NCBI GenBank assembly: GCA_951406725.2
Contig: OX597818.1
Span: 40,982,001 to 41,046,000 of the forward strand
Origin: Octopus vulgaris
Lineage: Eukaryota
Length of the DNA stretch: 64,000 bases
Reading direction: 5' to 3'
Part shown: positions 43,154 through 55,483 of the stretch, piece by piece
Numbering within the stretch: position 1 is the stretch's first letter
Layout: each line of letters opens with the position of its first letter
The notes under the pieces: generated by a model
What the model was told of the DNA's origin: nothing
Databases searched by the model: none
The model's input: only the letters and a program-made list of their open reading frames with translations
Translations under genes and position numbers: made by a program

Positions 43154-44706
43154 AACGTTATTCGTAGCGTCAAATAAATTATATCCTTGTACATGAAGCG
43201 TTTCATGCTTCTTCATAAATCGAACGATTTAATCTAACTTAGCACAAGAATCATAAGGCTTACACATCACTGCAGCCGCAATCTGAGATCTATTGAACTG
43301 AATAACTATTTGGCCTCAAGCTCTATTCACAGTGAGGAAATCACCGTTCAGAAAATATACTTCGGCATTTTCTTTTTTTTTTTTTGTTTTTTTTTTTTGT
43401 TTTCATAGAAGTAGAATATATTGATAAATAAAGATTTTATGGAATATTTCTCATCGGAGTAACAGGTCTTAGAAATTGAGTTTAAGCATGAGGAAGACAT
43501 TATTAGTAAAGTGGTTGGATTGAGCCCCAGGTTAAAATACCATGAGAACTTACGGTGATTCTGTTCAAAATATTAAGAAGCCAGAAAGTGTAAGGCGGAG
43601 AAAACCGTAATTGAAGTGTAATGTTTGAATTATTCAAGATGAATGGTGTCCAGATTTGACAAATGAGTGAATGAATCTAAAGTATGCCTGTTAAATAGTG
43701 TTTAAATGTGATTTATCCGTAGGCATGTTGGCTGACCGTCAGCCACCAGCGTTTGTATTCCTGCAGGAAGGTCAAAAAGTTGGCTATAGAAATTAAACCA
43801 TGTATATATGTAAATAAGCTTCGAGATTAATTCGTAATTTCCTCAAATTATCATCCCTTTCTCTTTGGAAATTACAGTGAAGCCTCGCAGATTTGCTTTT
43901 CCTTTGCCAATTAAGTGGAGAATTTGAAATAAGAATTTTTTTCTTATTTTAACATAGCAATAAATACATCGCCGTTACGTTCATTTGAACGAATTCGTGT
44001 CAATGGCTCGTTTAAGTTTATTTTCCTTATCCCGTTTTAGTTTGTAATTATGCTAATTGTACTGACCAAAAACTTATCTGAAACATGTTTTTAATTGTAC
44101 AAATATTTGTCTGCCAATCACGCAGGTTTATGTAGACAATGAAATGCTTATGAAATTTAATAGGCAGAAACATGTCGAAAGTTATCCCTTAACTGTAAGC
44201 AGAGTTCAGATTTTCCTTTCTAAAAACATGTAAGTTTGAAAGATTAAGACCGAATTATTTAAATTATTTTCACTTTTTCCTTAGGAGTTGCTAACATTTG
44301 CTGCTTGTTTTCTTTATCCGAAGAAACGGAAAATGTATTTAAGAATGTTTATATACAGTGTTCTTTACATCACCCTTAACTCATTACAAGAGACTAGGTC
44401 TATGGCACACCAATATATGCTACAATGTTTTGTTAGGAGATCTGCATATTGAAATTAAATATGCAAGTATACACACATACATGTGTATGTGTGCGCGTGC
44501 GCGTGTGTGACCCATCTACGTCTTTAATTACATTCTAACTGCCGTCAGTTTCGCATCCATGCATGTATGCATATATACATAGCAACATACGCGCAGAAAT
44601 ACGAAAAGACACGCATATGTATGTATTATTCTTTAACAGAATAATACATACATATTATACGGAAAGAATTATTGCGTAAACCTTCAGTTTTATTATAACT
44701 TGGCAT

Positions 44707-44745
<39 letters not shown>

Positions 44746-44772
44746 CACACACACACAGAAAGAGTAAAAGAC

Positions 44773-44861
<89 letters not shown>

Positions 44862-44931
44862 TCGAGGGTATCAGAGGTAATGGTGTCATATCTTCTCTAC
44901 AATAATTAATGCTCAAACATTTTCTTGCACC

Positions 44932-44979
44932 GTCTCTGACGAAGGGATTTATAAAATATCCCCGAAACAGCTGTAAGAC
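44932..44979 (+). ncRNA. Minimal type-I hammerhead ribozyme with intact core
   Basis: GUCU-CUGACGA-A-GGGAU(9 nt)AUCCC-C-GAAAC-AGCU-GUA/AGAC. Stem I is gtct/agac, stem III is the palindrome ACAGCUGU, and predicted cleavage is after 44975. Confidence 0.8.
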
Positions 44980-45392
44980 CTTTTCTTTATATATGTTCTG
45001 AAAACTACTTGCAGCCTTAGACTTTTTACTTCATTTTGTCAATTTACAGGATACAATCTATATTTGATTTTATCAGGTAGTCAGCATGTAATAACTACTT
45101 AAGGTAAAAAAATTAATAGAATATATAGTTTAATACGTATATCTATAAAACTATATTAAGAACAAAAAGCTAGTCTTACAAAAATGAATCTTTTCGTTTA
45201 TTTCCTCGCTTTCAGTGCATGGTTACATGAGGCAGTTTTGCGCCATTTAGCGCCTTCTTTCAACATGTGGCTTGGCTTGTAAGAATAGCCTTTTGCTCTT
45301 AATATGGTTTTATAAATATACTTATAAGATTATGTATTTTATAAATCCATATATATATATATCAAAATAAGGAACAAGGATATCCAGAGGTA

Positions 45393-45486
45393 ATATAGTA
45401 CGATCGTTTCATGCGACTCCATTTAATGGAACAATGCAATGATTTCATTACATCAATTTAAAATGTAGAGCAATCTTCAGCTGCAC
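45393..45486 (-). ncRNA. Type-I hammerhead with an enlarged stem-II region (family HH-F)
   Basis: Minus strand GUGCAG-CUGAAGA-(63 nt, UUGC...GCAU)-GAAAC-GAUC-GUA/CUAUAU. The paralog at 46558 has CUGCAU, which restores stem I. Confidence 0.65.
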
Positions 45487-45651
45487 AAATACATAGAATT
45501 TAATTAAATTAGGAAACATTGGTATAATTTTACCTAAAATCTCCAAGAGGATTACGATATAGACAAAGAACAATTACCATATTCATCTGAATCTAAATTT
45601 TTACTGAACCCATCCATATATACATATATATACATGCATACATGCATACAT

Positions 45652-45690
<39 letters not shown>

Positions 45691-45694
<4 letters not shown>

Positions 45695-45735
45695 GGTGCC
45701 CCAGCATGGCCACAGCTCATAAGCTGAAACTAGAA
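45691..45735 (+). mobile_element. 45-bp stub of the CR1-like LINE 3' tail
   Basis: tggcggtgccccagcatggccacagctcataagctgaaactaga matches 41107-41149(-); followed by (ATCA)n. Confidence 0.75.
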
Positions 45736-45750
45736 TCAATCAATCAATCA

Positions 45751-45793
<43 letters not shown>

Positions 45794-45911
45794 ATACATA
45801 CATGAATATATATACATACATATAGATTAGAGACAGGTATTCTCTGTATAGAATGAGTCCTCAAGAGATTTGAACTTGAGCAGGTATATATATAAATATA
45901 TATATACATAC

Positions 45912-45966
<55 letters not shown>

Positions 45967-46394
45967 TTATATAACCATACATACACACATAAAGAAAATC
46001 ATGCCATTTTTCAGTTCTTGTTATCTTATCTTATTTTACATACTAAGGAATAATTCTAACAAATGCATTGAGAAAGAAAGGAGAAAAATAAGAAAATAAG
46101 ATATCTAAATATAAAATGACCTTGCTGTCATCATAATTCCTTCTCCCCTTTCAGTTTCATCTTTAAATATCCACTATTTTCAATTCCAACCTCTTTACGT
46201 ACCTCTTACTATCTCTACCACACTCTATCTGTCTCTCACTTCGACCTCATTTCTCTTCCCCTGCATCTCCCTCTATTCTAGTTACTTCACTTCTTTGTTA
46301 CGTAAAATGTATACAGGTAAGAACGTACAAGTGTAATAATATATACATTTTATATGTACAAATATATATATACACACACATATACATTTATATA

Positions 46395-46526
<132 letters not shown>

Positions 46527-46536
46527 CATATAAATT

Positions 46537-46668
46537 AAAATAAGCAACAAGGATATCCTGCATTACCTCTGGATATCCTTGTTGCTTATTTTGATTTTAA
46601 CCACCTTATTTTGAAATTGTATGGATAATTCTGGTGCCTCAACTTAAGTACTTTATTCATATGAATCT
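46537..46668 (+). mobile_element. HH-F element fragment with a 22-bp 5' inverted duplication
   Basis: Arms 46537-46558 and 46571-46592 are exact reverse complements. Homologous to 45362-45398(-) and 47650-47683. Confidence 0.75.
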
Positions 46669-46705
46669 ATACATACATATATATATATATACATATCTAT
46701 GTATG

Positions 46706-46761
<56 letters not shown>

Positions 46762-46907
46762 CATATTTGCATATTTGCGTGTATATATATTTATTTATAT
46801 ATATATGTATATATATTTGTACGTACGCACGCATGCATTCATGAATGCTCGTATGTATGTATGTACGTATGTATGTATGTATGTATGTATGTATGTATGT
46901 ATGTATG

Positions 46908-46938
<31 letters not shown>

Positions 46939-46995
46939 GAAAGCAAATCGAATTGCGTTTTAGGAGTCTAGATGAATGAAGCTAATAACTAAGTG

Positions 46996-47077
<82 letters not shown>

Positions 47078-47510
47078 AAATTAATAGACAGAAAATTAAT
47101 TGGATGGATATCGACGGAGTAGAGGAATTGTGGAAGCCAGAGCGAGGAGGCAGGGTAGTGAAATGGAAAGTGAACGTTTCTAAAACGGGCATTGAGCTAT
47201 TTTATTCTGGAGTTGTATTTAAAAGGAACGCTTGCCTCGGGTTAAGAAGGCAACGCTGGAAGAATATCGGCGTGTTTAAGTGGTCATGCTTGGCTTACTT
47301 TGCAATTCGATAATGTGCGGTGGAGCATGAATAAACGATTTTGCACCGAGCAGCTCCACCTTCCCATTGCCATCATGTCGTGCAATCATGGCGGTTCTTT
47401 AATTGATTTTTCCTTTTGATCTTTTCTCCTAGACATATATTATGTGTAGACTAGAACGTGTGCAAAAATAGATCTAGACATATGTGCTTGCGTGCATGCA
47501 CGTATGTATG

Positions 47511-47544
<34 letters not shown>

Positions 47545-47576
47545 TGTTTGAATCTCTGTACACCTATATATATTTG

Positions 47577-47614
<38 letters not shown>

Positions 47615-47899
47615 ATATATAGAGATATATATGAGTATATCTATATAGATTATCTCTGGATATCCTTGTTGCTTATTTGGATTATATATATAATTATATA
47701 TATATATATACGTGTAATCCAGATACATCTACAAATGTATTACATAATCCATATGTATGCATATATATATATCCACAAATATTGATTTATATATATATAT
47801 ATATATACATACATATTTTACAAGCATATTTTCATTGAAATTGTTTTTGTTGAGGGGAGACTACAGTTAGATCCATAGATAAATAGACAGAAAGATAAT

Positions 47900-47957
<58 letters not shown>

Positions 47958-48102
47958 TGCGTGCGTGTGTGTAATGTATGTATGTTTGTATGTATGCACG
48001 TATGTATGCATGTATGCACGTATGTATGTATGTATGTATGGTATGTATGTATGTATGTATGTATGTATGTATGTATGTATGTATGTATGGTATGTATGTA
48101 TG

Positions 48103-48136
<34 letters not shown>

Positions 48137-48398
48137 TGTATGTATGTATGTATGTATGCATGTATGTACACCGTCTGATAGTCGGAAAACTCTGTTTTAT
48201 TTCATTTTTGTTGTATAGCCGATGGGATTTTGTCCATTGTATATGTTTAATTCTATTTTTTATGCTACGTTCGTCCGATAGTTGTTATTTCCTTGTGCTT
48301 GTATATGTACATTCGTTTGCCTTGCTTGGGGGCTTAATACCTTCAGCTTAAGCCCTTGGCCCAACTGGTTTCGATTAGTATCGGAGAGGATTGGGTGT

Positions 48399-48475
<77 letters not shown>

Positions 48476-48547
48476 AAACATAGAACAAAATATACTAATC
48501 TGCACATACACTACAATACATACATACATACATACATACAAACATAC

Positions 48548-48790
48548 AAAAATACCCTGTTGTTGATGTTGAAATTCCAATGAAAGAGCCTTAGATCTAG
48601 GTTAGAAACCGGTTCTTTCTATATTGGCACGAAATCTTGAAATAAACTGAATAATGACATAAATACATACATCAAAAATACCCTGCATTTTGATATTGAA
48701 ATTCCAAAGAAGGTGCTTTGAATCTAGGCTAGAAACCGGTTTTTTCTCTATTGGCAAAAAATCTTGAAATAAAACTAAACAATAACATAC
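48548..48790 (+). mobile_element. Tandem pair (126-bp period) of a short element with hammerhead-like geometry (family HH-G)
   Basis: taccctg at 48553 and 48679. Both copies contain ctagg(t/c)tagaaaccggtt..tattggc..aaatcttgaaataaa. Confidence 0.7.
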
Positions 48791-49660
48791 ATATATACAT
48801 ACAGACACACACGCATACACACACACACATACATACATACGTACATGCATACATACACACACGCATACATACATACATACATGCATACATACATACATAC
48901 ATACATACATACATACATACATACATACATAGTCTAAAAGCACAGATTTTTTTACAAACATCCACCAAACATTGGTCTGGTTGTACTCCCCTGCTCTTTT
49001 AATATCAAAGAGATAAGCATCATGTCTAATCCCTTTCTACTAACACAAAATATTCCAGGTAACTGCACACGTAAGCTGTCACTTTTAAAACAAAATGAGG
49101 CATCTCATTTTATACCATCCAGATTGCCACTGAAGTCATCCAGTGTCAGTCTCAGGAAAATATTAGAATATATGTTGAATAGTAAATCCGTCCTGCCTTT
49201 TAATACTTTAGTACAACGGATTTCTACTTGATTTTCGAATTCAGTAACATATAATTTTATATTCATTAATTTCGATGTATTTATGCATATATGCATATGC
49301 ACAACCTTAAATAAATAAATATCCACGAAGCGCTAGAATTTATTCAGTCTAGCCTTTCTTTGCGTTGGAAAAGCCTTGCACTATGTCCAAGAATGAAACA
49401 GCCATGTAAATAATTATGTAGTAATTCAATCATAAAATTACTTAATGGCAGCTATGGATTGGTTAAGCAAGTGGTAGATAGACAGACAGATAGATAGATA
49501 GATAGATAGATAGATCTGCGTGCATGTATGTGTGCACACATAACTTCATGTATATTATGTTTTTGACACACACATATATGCATACATGCATATATGTATG
49601 TGCATGTGTATGCATACATGCATGCGGATATACACACACACACGTGTATATATATATATG

Positions 49661-49696
<36 letters not shown>

Positions 49697-49854
49697 TCAG
49701 CCGAAATTGCGAGGATGATCCGGTTCTTGACTGAGGATAGGAAATTTCGAATGACCCGTCCTTGTTTTTTGGGATCGGCTATCTGGATGTTTTGTTGTCC
49801 CTTTTTGTATCACCTAGTTGTCCGGATGTTTTGCGTTCTTGTCCCATTTTGTAT

Positions 49855-49924
<70 letters not shown>

Positions 49925-50564
49925 TGTGTGTGTCTCTGTGTGTGTGTGTGTGTATTTTTTGTCTGATTAATATCTAATTGGAATCGAACTCACTACTTGC
50001 CTGACAGAGTCCCAGTCTTTCTTTCCGTGTCTCCCTCTCTCCTCACCTCTGTGTGTATGCAGTGGGGTGTGAGCGCTTGTGTGTATATATGTGTGTGTCT
50101 TTTGTCTCTCTCTCCCCATCACACACACACACACACAGACTGTTGTCTTGCAGGCAGTGAATACAATTCAAACTTGACATCAATCGGTCTAGTTACAGAA
50201 TTAGTCCTCGGAAGGAAAACAGCAGCAGCTTATTAGCTTATTAGCTTAAGCTACACCCAATCCATTACCCATCATTTCCTAAGATCCAGATGAATATATA
50301 TATAGCAGTCAAAATTCTCCCTAGTCATTCAATATGTCGCCATCAAAGACGGAATGCAATCTTAAAGCAGATCCAATTCTTTAGGCCTTACAAGACGACT
50401 CCAAGAACACTCAGTTTTGACTAACCAACCGTATCATTCCCATCGGTTAATCGCCAGTTATTCTCTCCTCCTACTCTTCTACATTTTGTCTTCACTTATT
50501 CCCTCCCACCACTTTCTATTCAATTTATTCTTCACTCTTTCCACTAAACGAATATTGATTGCAT

Positions 50565-50595
50565 CTCCTCTCTCTCTCTCTCTCTCTCTCTCTAA

Positions 50596-50633
<38 letters not shown>

Positions 50634-51377
50634 CCCTCTTTCTATCTATCTATCTATTTCTTTCCCTCTTTCTTTCTCTCTCTCTATCTCTTTCTCTTTA
50701 TGTCTCTCTGTAGCTCTATCCCTCTTTAAACCTCTCTCTCCTTCCCTCTCTTCCTTCTCTCTCTTTCCCTCTCTCACCTTCCCTCTCTCTCTCTCTCTCC
50801 CTGCCTCTGTCTCCCTGCCTTTCTCTTTCCTTGCATCTCCCTCCCTGCATCTCTCTCTCTGCCTCTCTTTCCCTGCCTCTATCTCCTTTCCTCACTCTCT
50901 TTCTCCCTGTCTGTCCCTCCATGTGTCTTTCTCTCCCGACCTCTCCGTCTCTCTCTCTCTCTCTCTCTCTATCAGCTTTTCTCTCTTATCCTGCCTATCT
51001 ATCCTTTTCTCTCCTTTTTTGTCTCTCGATCTCTCTCTTTCCCTGCCCCTCTCCCTTTCTCTATATATCTATCTCTCCAGTTGTCTCTCTCTCTCCCTGC
51101 CCATCTCTCCCTCTCACTTTTCTCTTTTTGTCTATCTGCCTCTCTCTTTCCTTGCCTCTCTCTCTCTCTCTCTCTCTCTTTCCCTATCTATCTTCCTCGG
51201 CGTGTCTCTCTCTTTCTCTGCCTACCTCTCTCTCTTAGCTTTTCTCTCTTTTCCTGCCCATCTATTCTTTTCTCTCTCTTTTTGTTTACCTAACTCTCTC
51301 TTTTTCCCTATCTATTTATCTCCCTCAGTGTCTCTCTCTTTCTTTCAGTCTTTCAGTCTTTCTCGCCTATCTATCCC

Positions 51378-51413
<36 letters not shown>

Positions 51414-51472
51414 TCCCTCTTGTCTATCTGCCTTCTGTCTTTTATTCTGTCTGCCTCTCTCTTTTTCTGTCT
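50565..51472. repeat. ~900-bp CT-rich polypyrimidine/polypurine low-complexity tract
   Basis: Plus strand is overwhelmingly C/T with (CT)n and (TATC)n sub-runs. Confidence 0.95.
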
Positions 51473-51969
51473 CACTGGATGCAAATTAAATCATGTGATT
51501 AAAACATGAGCTTCGCAATCATGTTCTGCCTCGTTCAATCGCAGCTTTAGAAACTCTTATTTATCATAGTCCCCAGTAGACGCAAGCTTTGCGCAGAAAT
51601 TATATAGATGGAAATTCTGTACCTTCAAATTGAATTCTACCTGTTCTTGGACGGTATACTTAATATGTAGCCACGTTTAACAGAACCGCGAGTTTAACAA
51701 CTGAAAACACTATTGTAAACCTACAGACAAGGTCTCTCCTCAGCTGATAACCCACGAATATGTTTTATTACTTTCGAACCCTCGGAGATCTCTAAAAGAT
51801 TTTGGTCAGTTATATCATAGCAAGAGCGTGTGCCATCTTAGATTTGTCTTCTGCCTCCTTTACAAGTCTGTACAGCAGACACCAAAACGGGGTCTACCTG
51901 AGGTGGATTGCCCATTCGCCCCACATTAGGGTTGCCACTCTGGGTCATAGCCACTGTTAAAACTATCAT

Positions 51970-52045
51970 TGTCATTATTCAGTTTATTTCAAGATTTCTT
52001 GCCAATAGAGAAAGAACCGGTTTCTAACCTAGATCCAAGGTTCCT
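51970..52045 (-). mobile_element. Third, truncated HH-G copy abutting (TATG)n
   Basis: Reverse complement aggaaccttggatctaggttagaaaccggttctttctctattggcaagaaatcttgaaataaactgaataatgaca matches ~48585-48659. Confidence 0.8.
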
Positions 52046-52151
52046 ATGTATGTATGTATGTATGTATGTATGTATGTATGTATGTATGTATGTATGTATG
52101 TATGTATGCATGCATGTATACTCATGCATGTGTGCATTTGCAAGTATATAT

Positions 52152-52152
52152 T

Positions 52153-52184
<32 letters not shown>

Positions 52185-52379
52185 TTCTTCTTCTTCTACT
52201 ACTACTACTACTACTACTACTACAACAACAACTACTACTACTTCTCCTCCTTCTTCGTCTACTACTACTACTACTACTATTACTACCAACACCACCACAA
52301 ATTTGGTGGGGGGTCCCTTAATGAGTCTGGGAAATGAAAAGGATAATGGATAACCATTGAAATAATCCCTAACGTAGCC

Positions 52380-52463
<84 letters not shown>
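52152..52463. repeat. Compound trinucleotide microsatellites (CTT/CTA/CAA; CAG/TAG)
   Basis: Direct reading of the sequence. Confidence 0.9.
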
Positions 52464-52531
52464 TGAAGTCGCTGTTTATAGCATAACTCTTTCATAATTT
52501 GATTAATTATATTTTTCCCCTTCTATTTCAG

Positions 52532-52574
52532 GTGTGCCCTCTACGATATGACAAGTACATCCTATTAGAGTGGG
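52532..52574 (+). CDS. Candidate 43-nt exon of an unidentified gene
   Basis: Acceptor tttttccccttctatttcag, donor GGG|gtaagt. One fully open frame, VCPLRYDKYILLEW. Confidence 0.45.
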
Positions 52575-52599
52575 GTAAGTAACTTCAATAATAAACTTA

Positions 52600-52700
52600 T
52601 TTAAGAAGGCTGGAGGGCATATCAGCCGAAACGTTGTGTTAACAACAAACAAGATGAGGACAAATACCCGTCCAATGTAAATAATGTAAATAATTCCTCT
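52600..52700 (+). mobile_element. 5'-damaged hammerhead-bearing terminal fragment (family HH-H)
   Basis: tttaaga-A-GGCTG(10 nt)CAGCC-GAAAC-GTT. Stem II and the 3' core are intact; CUGA is lost. Confidence 0.5.
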
Positions 52701-52770
52701 AAACTTACATATTTAATTATATTATACCATTGATATTACTATAAACAACGATATGTCATTAAAATCAATG

Positions 52771-52805
<35 letters not shown>

Positions 52806-52812
<7 letters not shown>

Positions 52813-53217
52813 TAAGAAGTTAGCTTCGCGACCATTGGTTGCAGGTTCAGTCCCACTGCGTGGCGCCTTGAGCACTTGTGTTTTACCGTAGCTCCGGGCC
52901 AACAAATGCATTTTGGATGGATTAGGTAGACTGAAACTGAAAGAAGTGCACCGTGTGTGTGTGTGTGTCTGTAACTATGTATGTGTATTTGTATTTGCCC
53001 CCCCCCCCCCACCACCACCACCACCACCACCGCTTGACAACCAGTCTTGGCTTATTTACATTCCTGGATCCTATTGAACCTGCAAAATATACCCATAGAA
53101 TACGTATCGGGCTTACAATCAAGTACTAGGAGTGATTCGTTCGTTTAAAACCGTTCCAGGAGGTGTCCCCAACATGACTGCAGTCTAATGACTGAAACAA
53201 GTAAACGATAAAAGATA
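52806..53217 (+). mobile_element. SINE family B, diverged copy
   Basis: ggttcagtcccactgcgtgg..cgcttgacaacc..atgactgaaacaagtaaa. Confidence 0.8.
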
Positions 53218-53221
53218 CGCT

Positions 53222-53540
53222 ATGTGACTATTGATTAATAAAGTGACTATGAATCAAATGAATGTGTCAAAAAATCGATCATATGTAACTATAAATCAAT
53301 GATAATTGACTATAAACCAATGATAAGTCTATAAGCAAATATATCTATGAACCAATGGTACGTAGCTATATATCAATCGTGTGATTATAAACCAATCATA
53401 AATTACAATAAACCAATAATATTACTATGAACGAATAAGAAGTCATTGAAAGTCAGTCATGTGTGACTATAAACCAATAACATAAGCATAAGCCAATATT
53501 TCTATGAATAATTATAAACGACTAAAAACTAATATGTGAT
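53222..53540. repeat. Degenerate ~20-bp minisatellite (consensus about tgactataaaccaatgata)
   Basis: More than ten imperfect units. Confidence 0.75.
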
Positions 53541-53563
53541 GAACACTGAAGGACAAATCTATT

Positions 53564-54310
53564 GAGGTAAGCGTGGCTGTAAGGTTAAAGAAGTCTATTT
53601 CGCAACTATGTATTTTAGAGTTAAGTTTCACTGCACGTCATCCTGGTGCGAGTGTGTTCGGCAGAGATCGAGAGAATACCGTAAATCCTCGTGTATAGTC
53701 CGCCCTTGAGTATAATACGCAGGGGATTTTGGGGGGATTGTACCTCTGAAAAACCTAAACTTTGTGTATAATACGCACCCCTTCTCTGACTTGAGGCGTG
53801 TGCAATTAAGCCAGCAGTACCTAGTGGAACAAACACTTCCGCGCATGCGTAATACTATAATGGTGATGTTCTTAACTGTTATATGGGAATGTAAATATGT
53901 TTGCAAGTTGATTTTGTTACATGTTATTCTGTGTTCTGAATACTTTTATTTTAATTAATGTTGCTTACTGAAAGTTAAAGATGATTCTTCATTGCTTTCA
54001 GGCTTAGCTTAAGGTATTTTCGCGCCCGACATCACAAAATGCGTCTGAATAAATATTGCCGGACGGCAAATAGAGACTCGGACATTGCTTAGAAAATATT
54101 TTTCATTTTTAACATCGTATATAGTACGCAGTAAGGATTTTGACCTTTAAATTTTTGGGGGAAAATGCGGATCAAACTCGAGGAATTACGATAAATACTG
54201 GACTTCAAATGAATATGTTCTAGGGTTGATTGGTCTGGCTTAAATCTTCGACATGGTGTCTCAGCATGAACAGAGTCCGATGACTGAAACAAATACAGAT
54301 TAAGAAGAAT
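53564..54310 (+). mobile_element. Old SINE family B copy split by a MITE
   Basis: Joining the flanks gives gttcggcagagatcgagagaaTAaatactggac.., matching the family B consensus gttcggcaaaagagaccgatagaaTAagtactaggc. Confidence 0.75.
53679..54191. mobile_element. Tc2/pogo-like non-autonomous DNA transposon (MITE) with TA TSD
   Basis: Left end TA|ccgtaaatcctcgtgtatagtccgc; right end gcggatcaaactcgaggaattacga|TA. Internal gtataatacgca repeats. Confidence 0.8.
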
Positions 54311-54714
54311 AATAATAAACTGTCAGTAGAGTGGTTGGTATTGACCCAAGGATTTTTTAATAATTAAAACTACATCATTAGTGATGATAAATAATTTACC
54401 TTAACAACTCATTACGGATAAGAAAAGAAGGGAGATAACCTAGGCATTTGTCGCGGATGTTATTCGTTGTCGTGGTAGTTACAGCAGCTACTGTTGTGCC
54501 GTCGTTGCTGGTGAATGAAAATGTATTTTTCGGGCTGCGTGAAGAAGTAACTAACATGTACGGACAATTAACAGGTTTTATAGTTGCATAAAATCTTTTG
54601 TGTTGACCTTTCACAAATACTTACAGCAACTAACTTATACTAACTTACACACCTGGAGAGACATACTGCTTGGAATCTACAACTGATATAACAATCTGTG
54701 ACTGGCCCGTCATA

Positions 54715-54805
54715 ACAAGAAAAGGTGTAGATGTGAGGATATTCAAAGAAAGTCTGGACAAATTTTTAGCTGAGATGCCAGATGAACCCTCATCGCTGCA
54801 GAAGT
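54715..54805 (+). pseudogene. CR1/L2-like LINE ORF2 end fragment
   Basis: KGVDVRIFKESLDKFLAEMPDEP is homologous to VFKIKLDLFLSGVPDEP at ~41260(-). Confidence 0.65.
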
Positions 54806-55094
54806 GACTAAGAAGAGAAGCCTATATAGAGAGGAAAATTAAGATAAGCACAGGTATAGATCATTAGTTTCTACGTTCGTTTCACCATTGCAGCTATTTG
54901 GAATTCCGTATTGGATATTCCAAATGCATTTCGATGCCTAACCGGCATGGATCATCAGGCGAGCATTTAATTGCATTCTGTTATAGAGATCTCTATAAAC
55001 GAATGCAAAAAAGTATATAGGCTAACAAATCACTACTCAGTTCACTATTTGTGACCAGATAGTTCTCGATTTTCACTAGTGATAAAGCTATTAA

Positions 55095-55483
55095 TCTCTC
55101 GACATATAAAGCTGAAGTTGTCTGTTTATGGGAGGTTTGGTAGCCTTCAACTAACACTATCTCCTCCGAGACCCTGCGGCGCAAGTTGACCAAAATTGAG
55201 AGTATGATAGAAGGCTTGCTCTTCAGTCCGTAGAAGAAAAAATTAAAATCGGACCATGTTAACACCAAAAATTATTTACATCAAAAAGGTGCTATTTTTT
55301 TATGAAAATCCCTATTTTTTTACGATTTTTTTACTGCTGTGTCGCCAGTTTTCGGTGTATTTCAACCAGAAAAATGTTCACTTAAAGAGAATAACAAGCT
55401 ACATAATGCAATTTTTTACTTTTCAAAAATTCCAATTCTAAAGAGTCGAAACAAATCCGAACAACGCCGGGCGATACTGCGAG
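55095..55483 (+). mobile_element. Non-autonomous Helitron-like element
   Basis: A|TC start; GC-rich subterminal hairpin (tccgaacaacgccggg) shortly before a CGAG|T end, read as mutated CTAG. Confidence 0.55.

Noticed and set aside
49725-49765. Hammerhead at ctgaggataggaaatttcgaatgacccgtc
   Set aside because: GAAU replaces GAAA, stem II is weak and there is no stem I. The block may still be a Penelope-like fragment.
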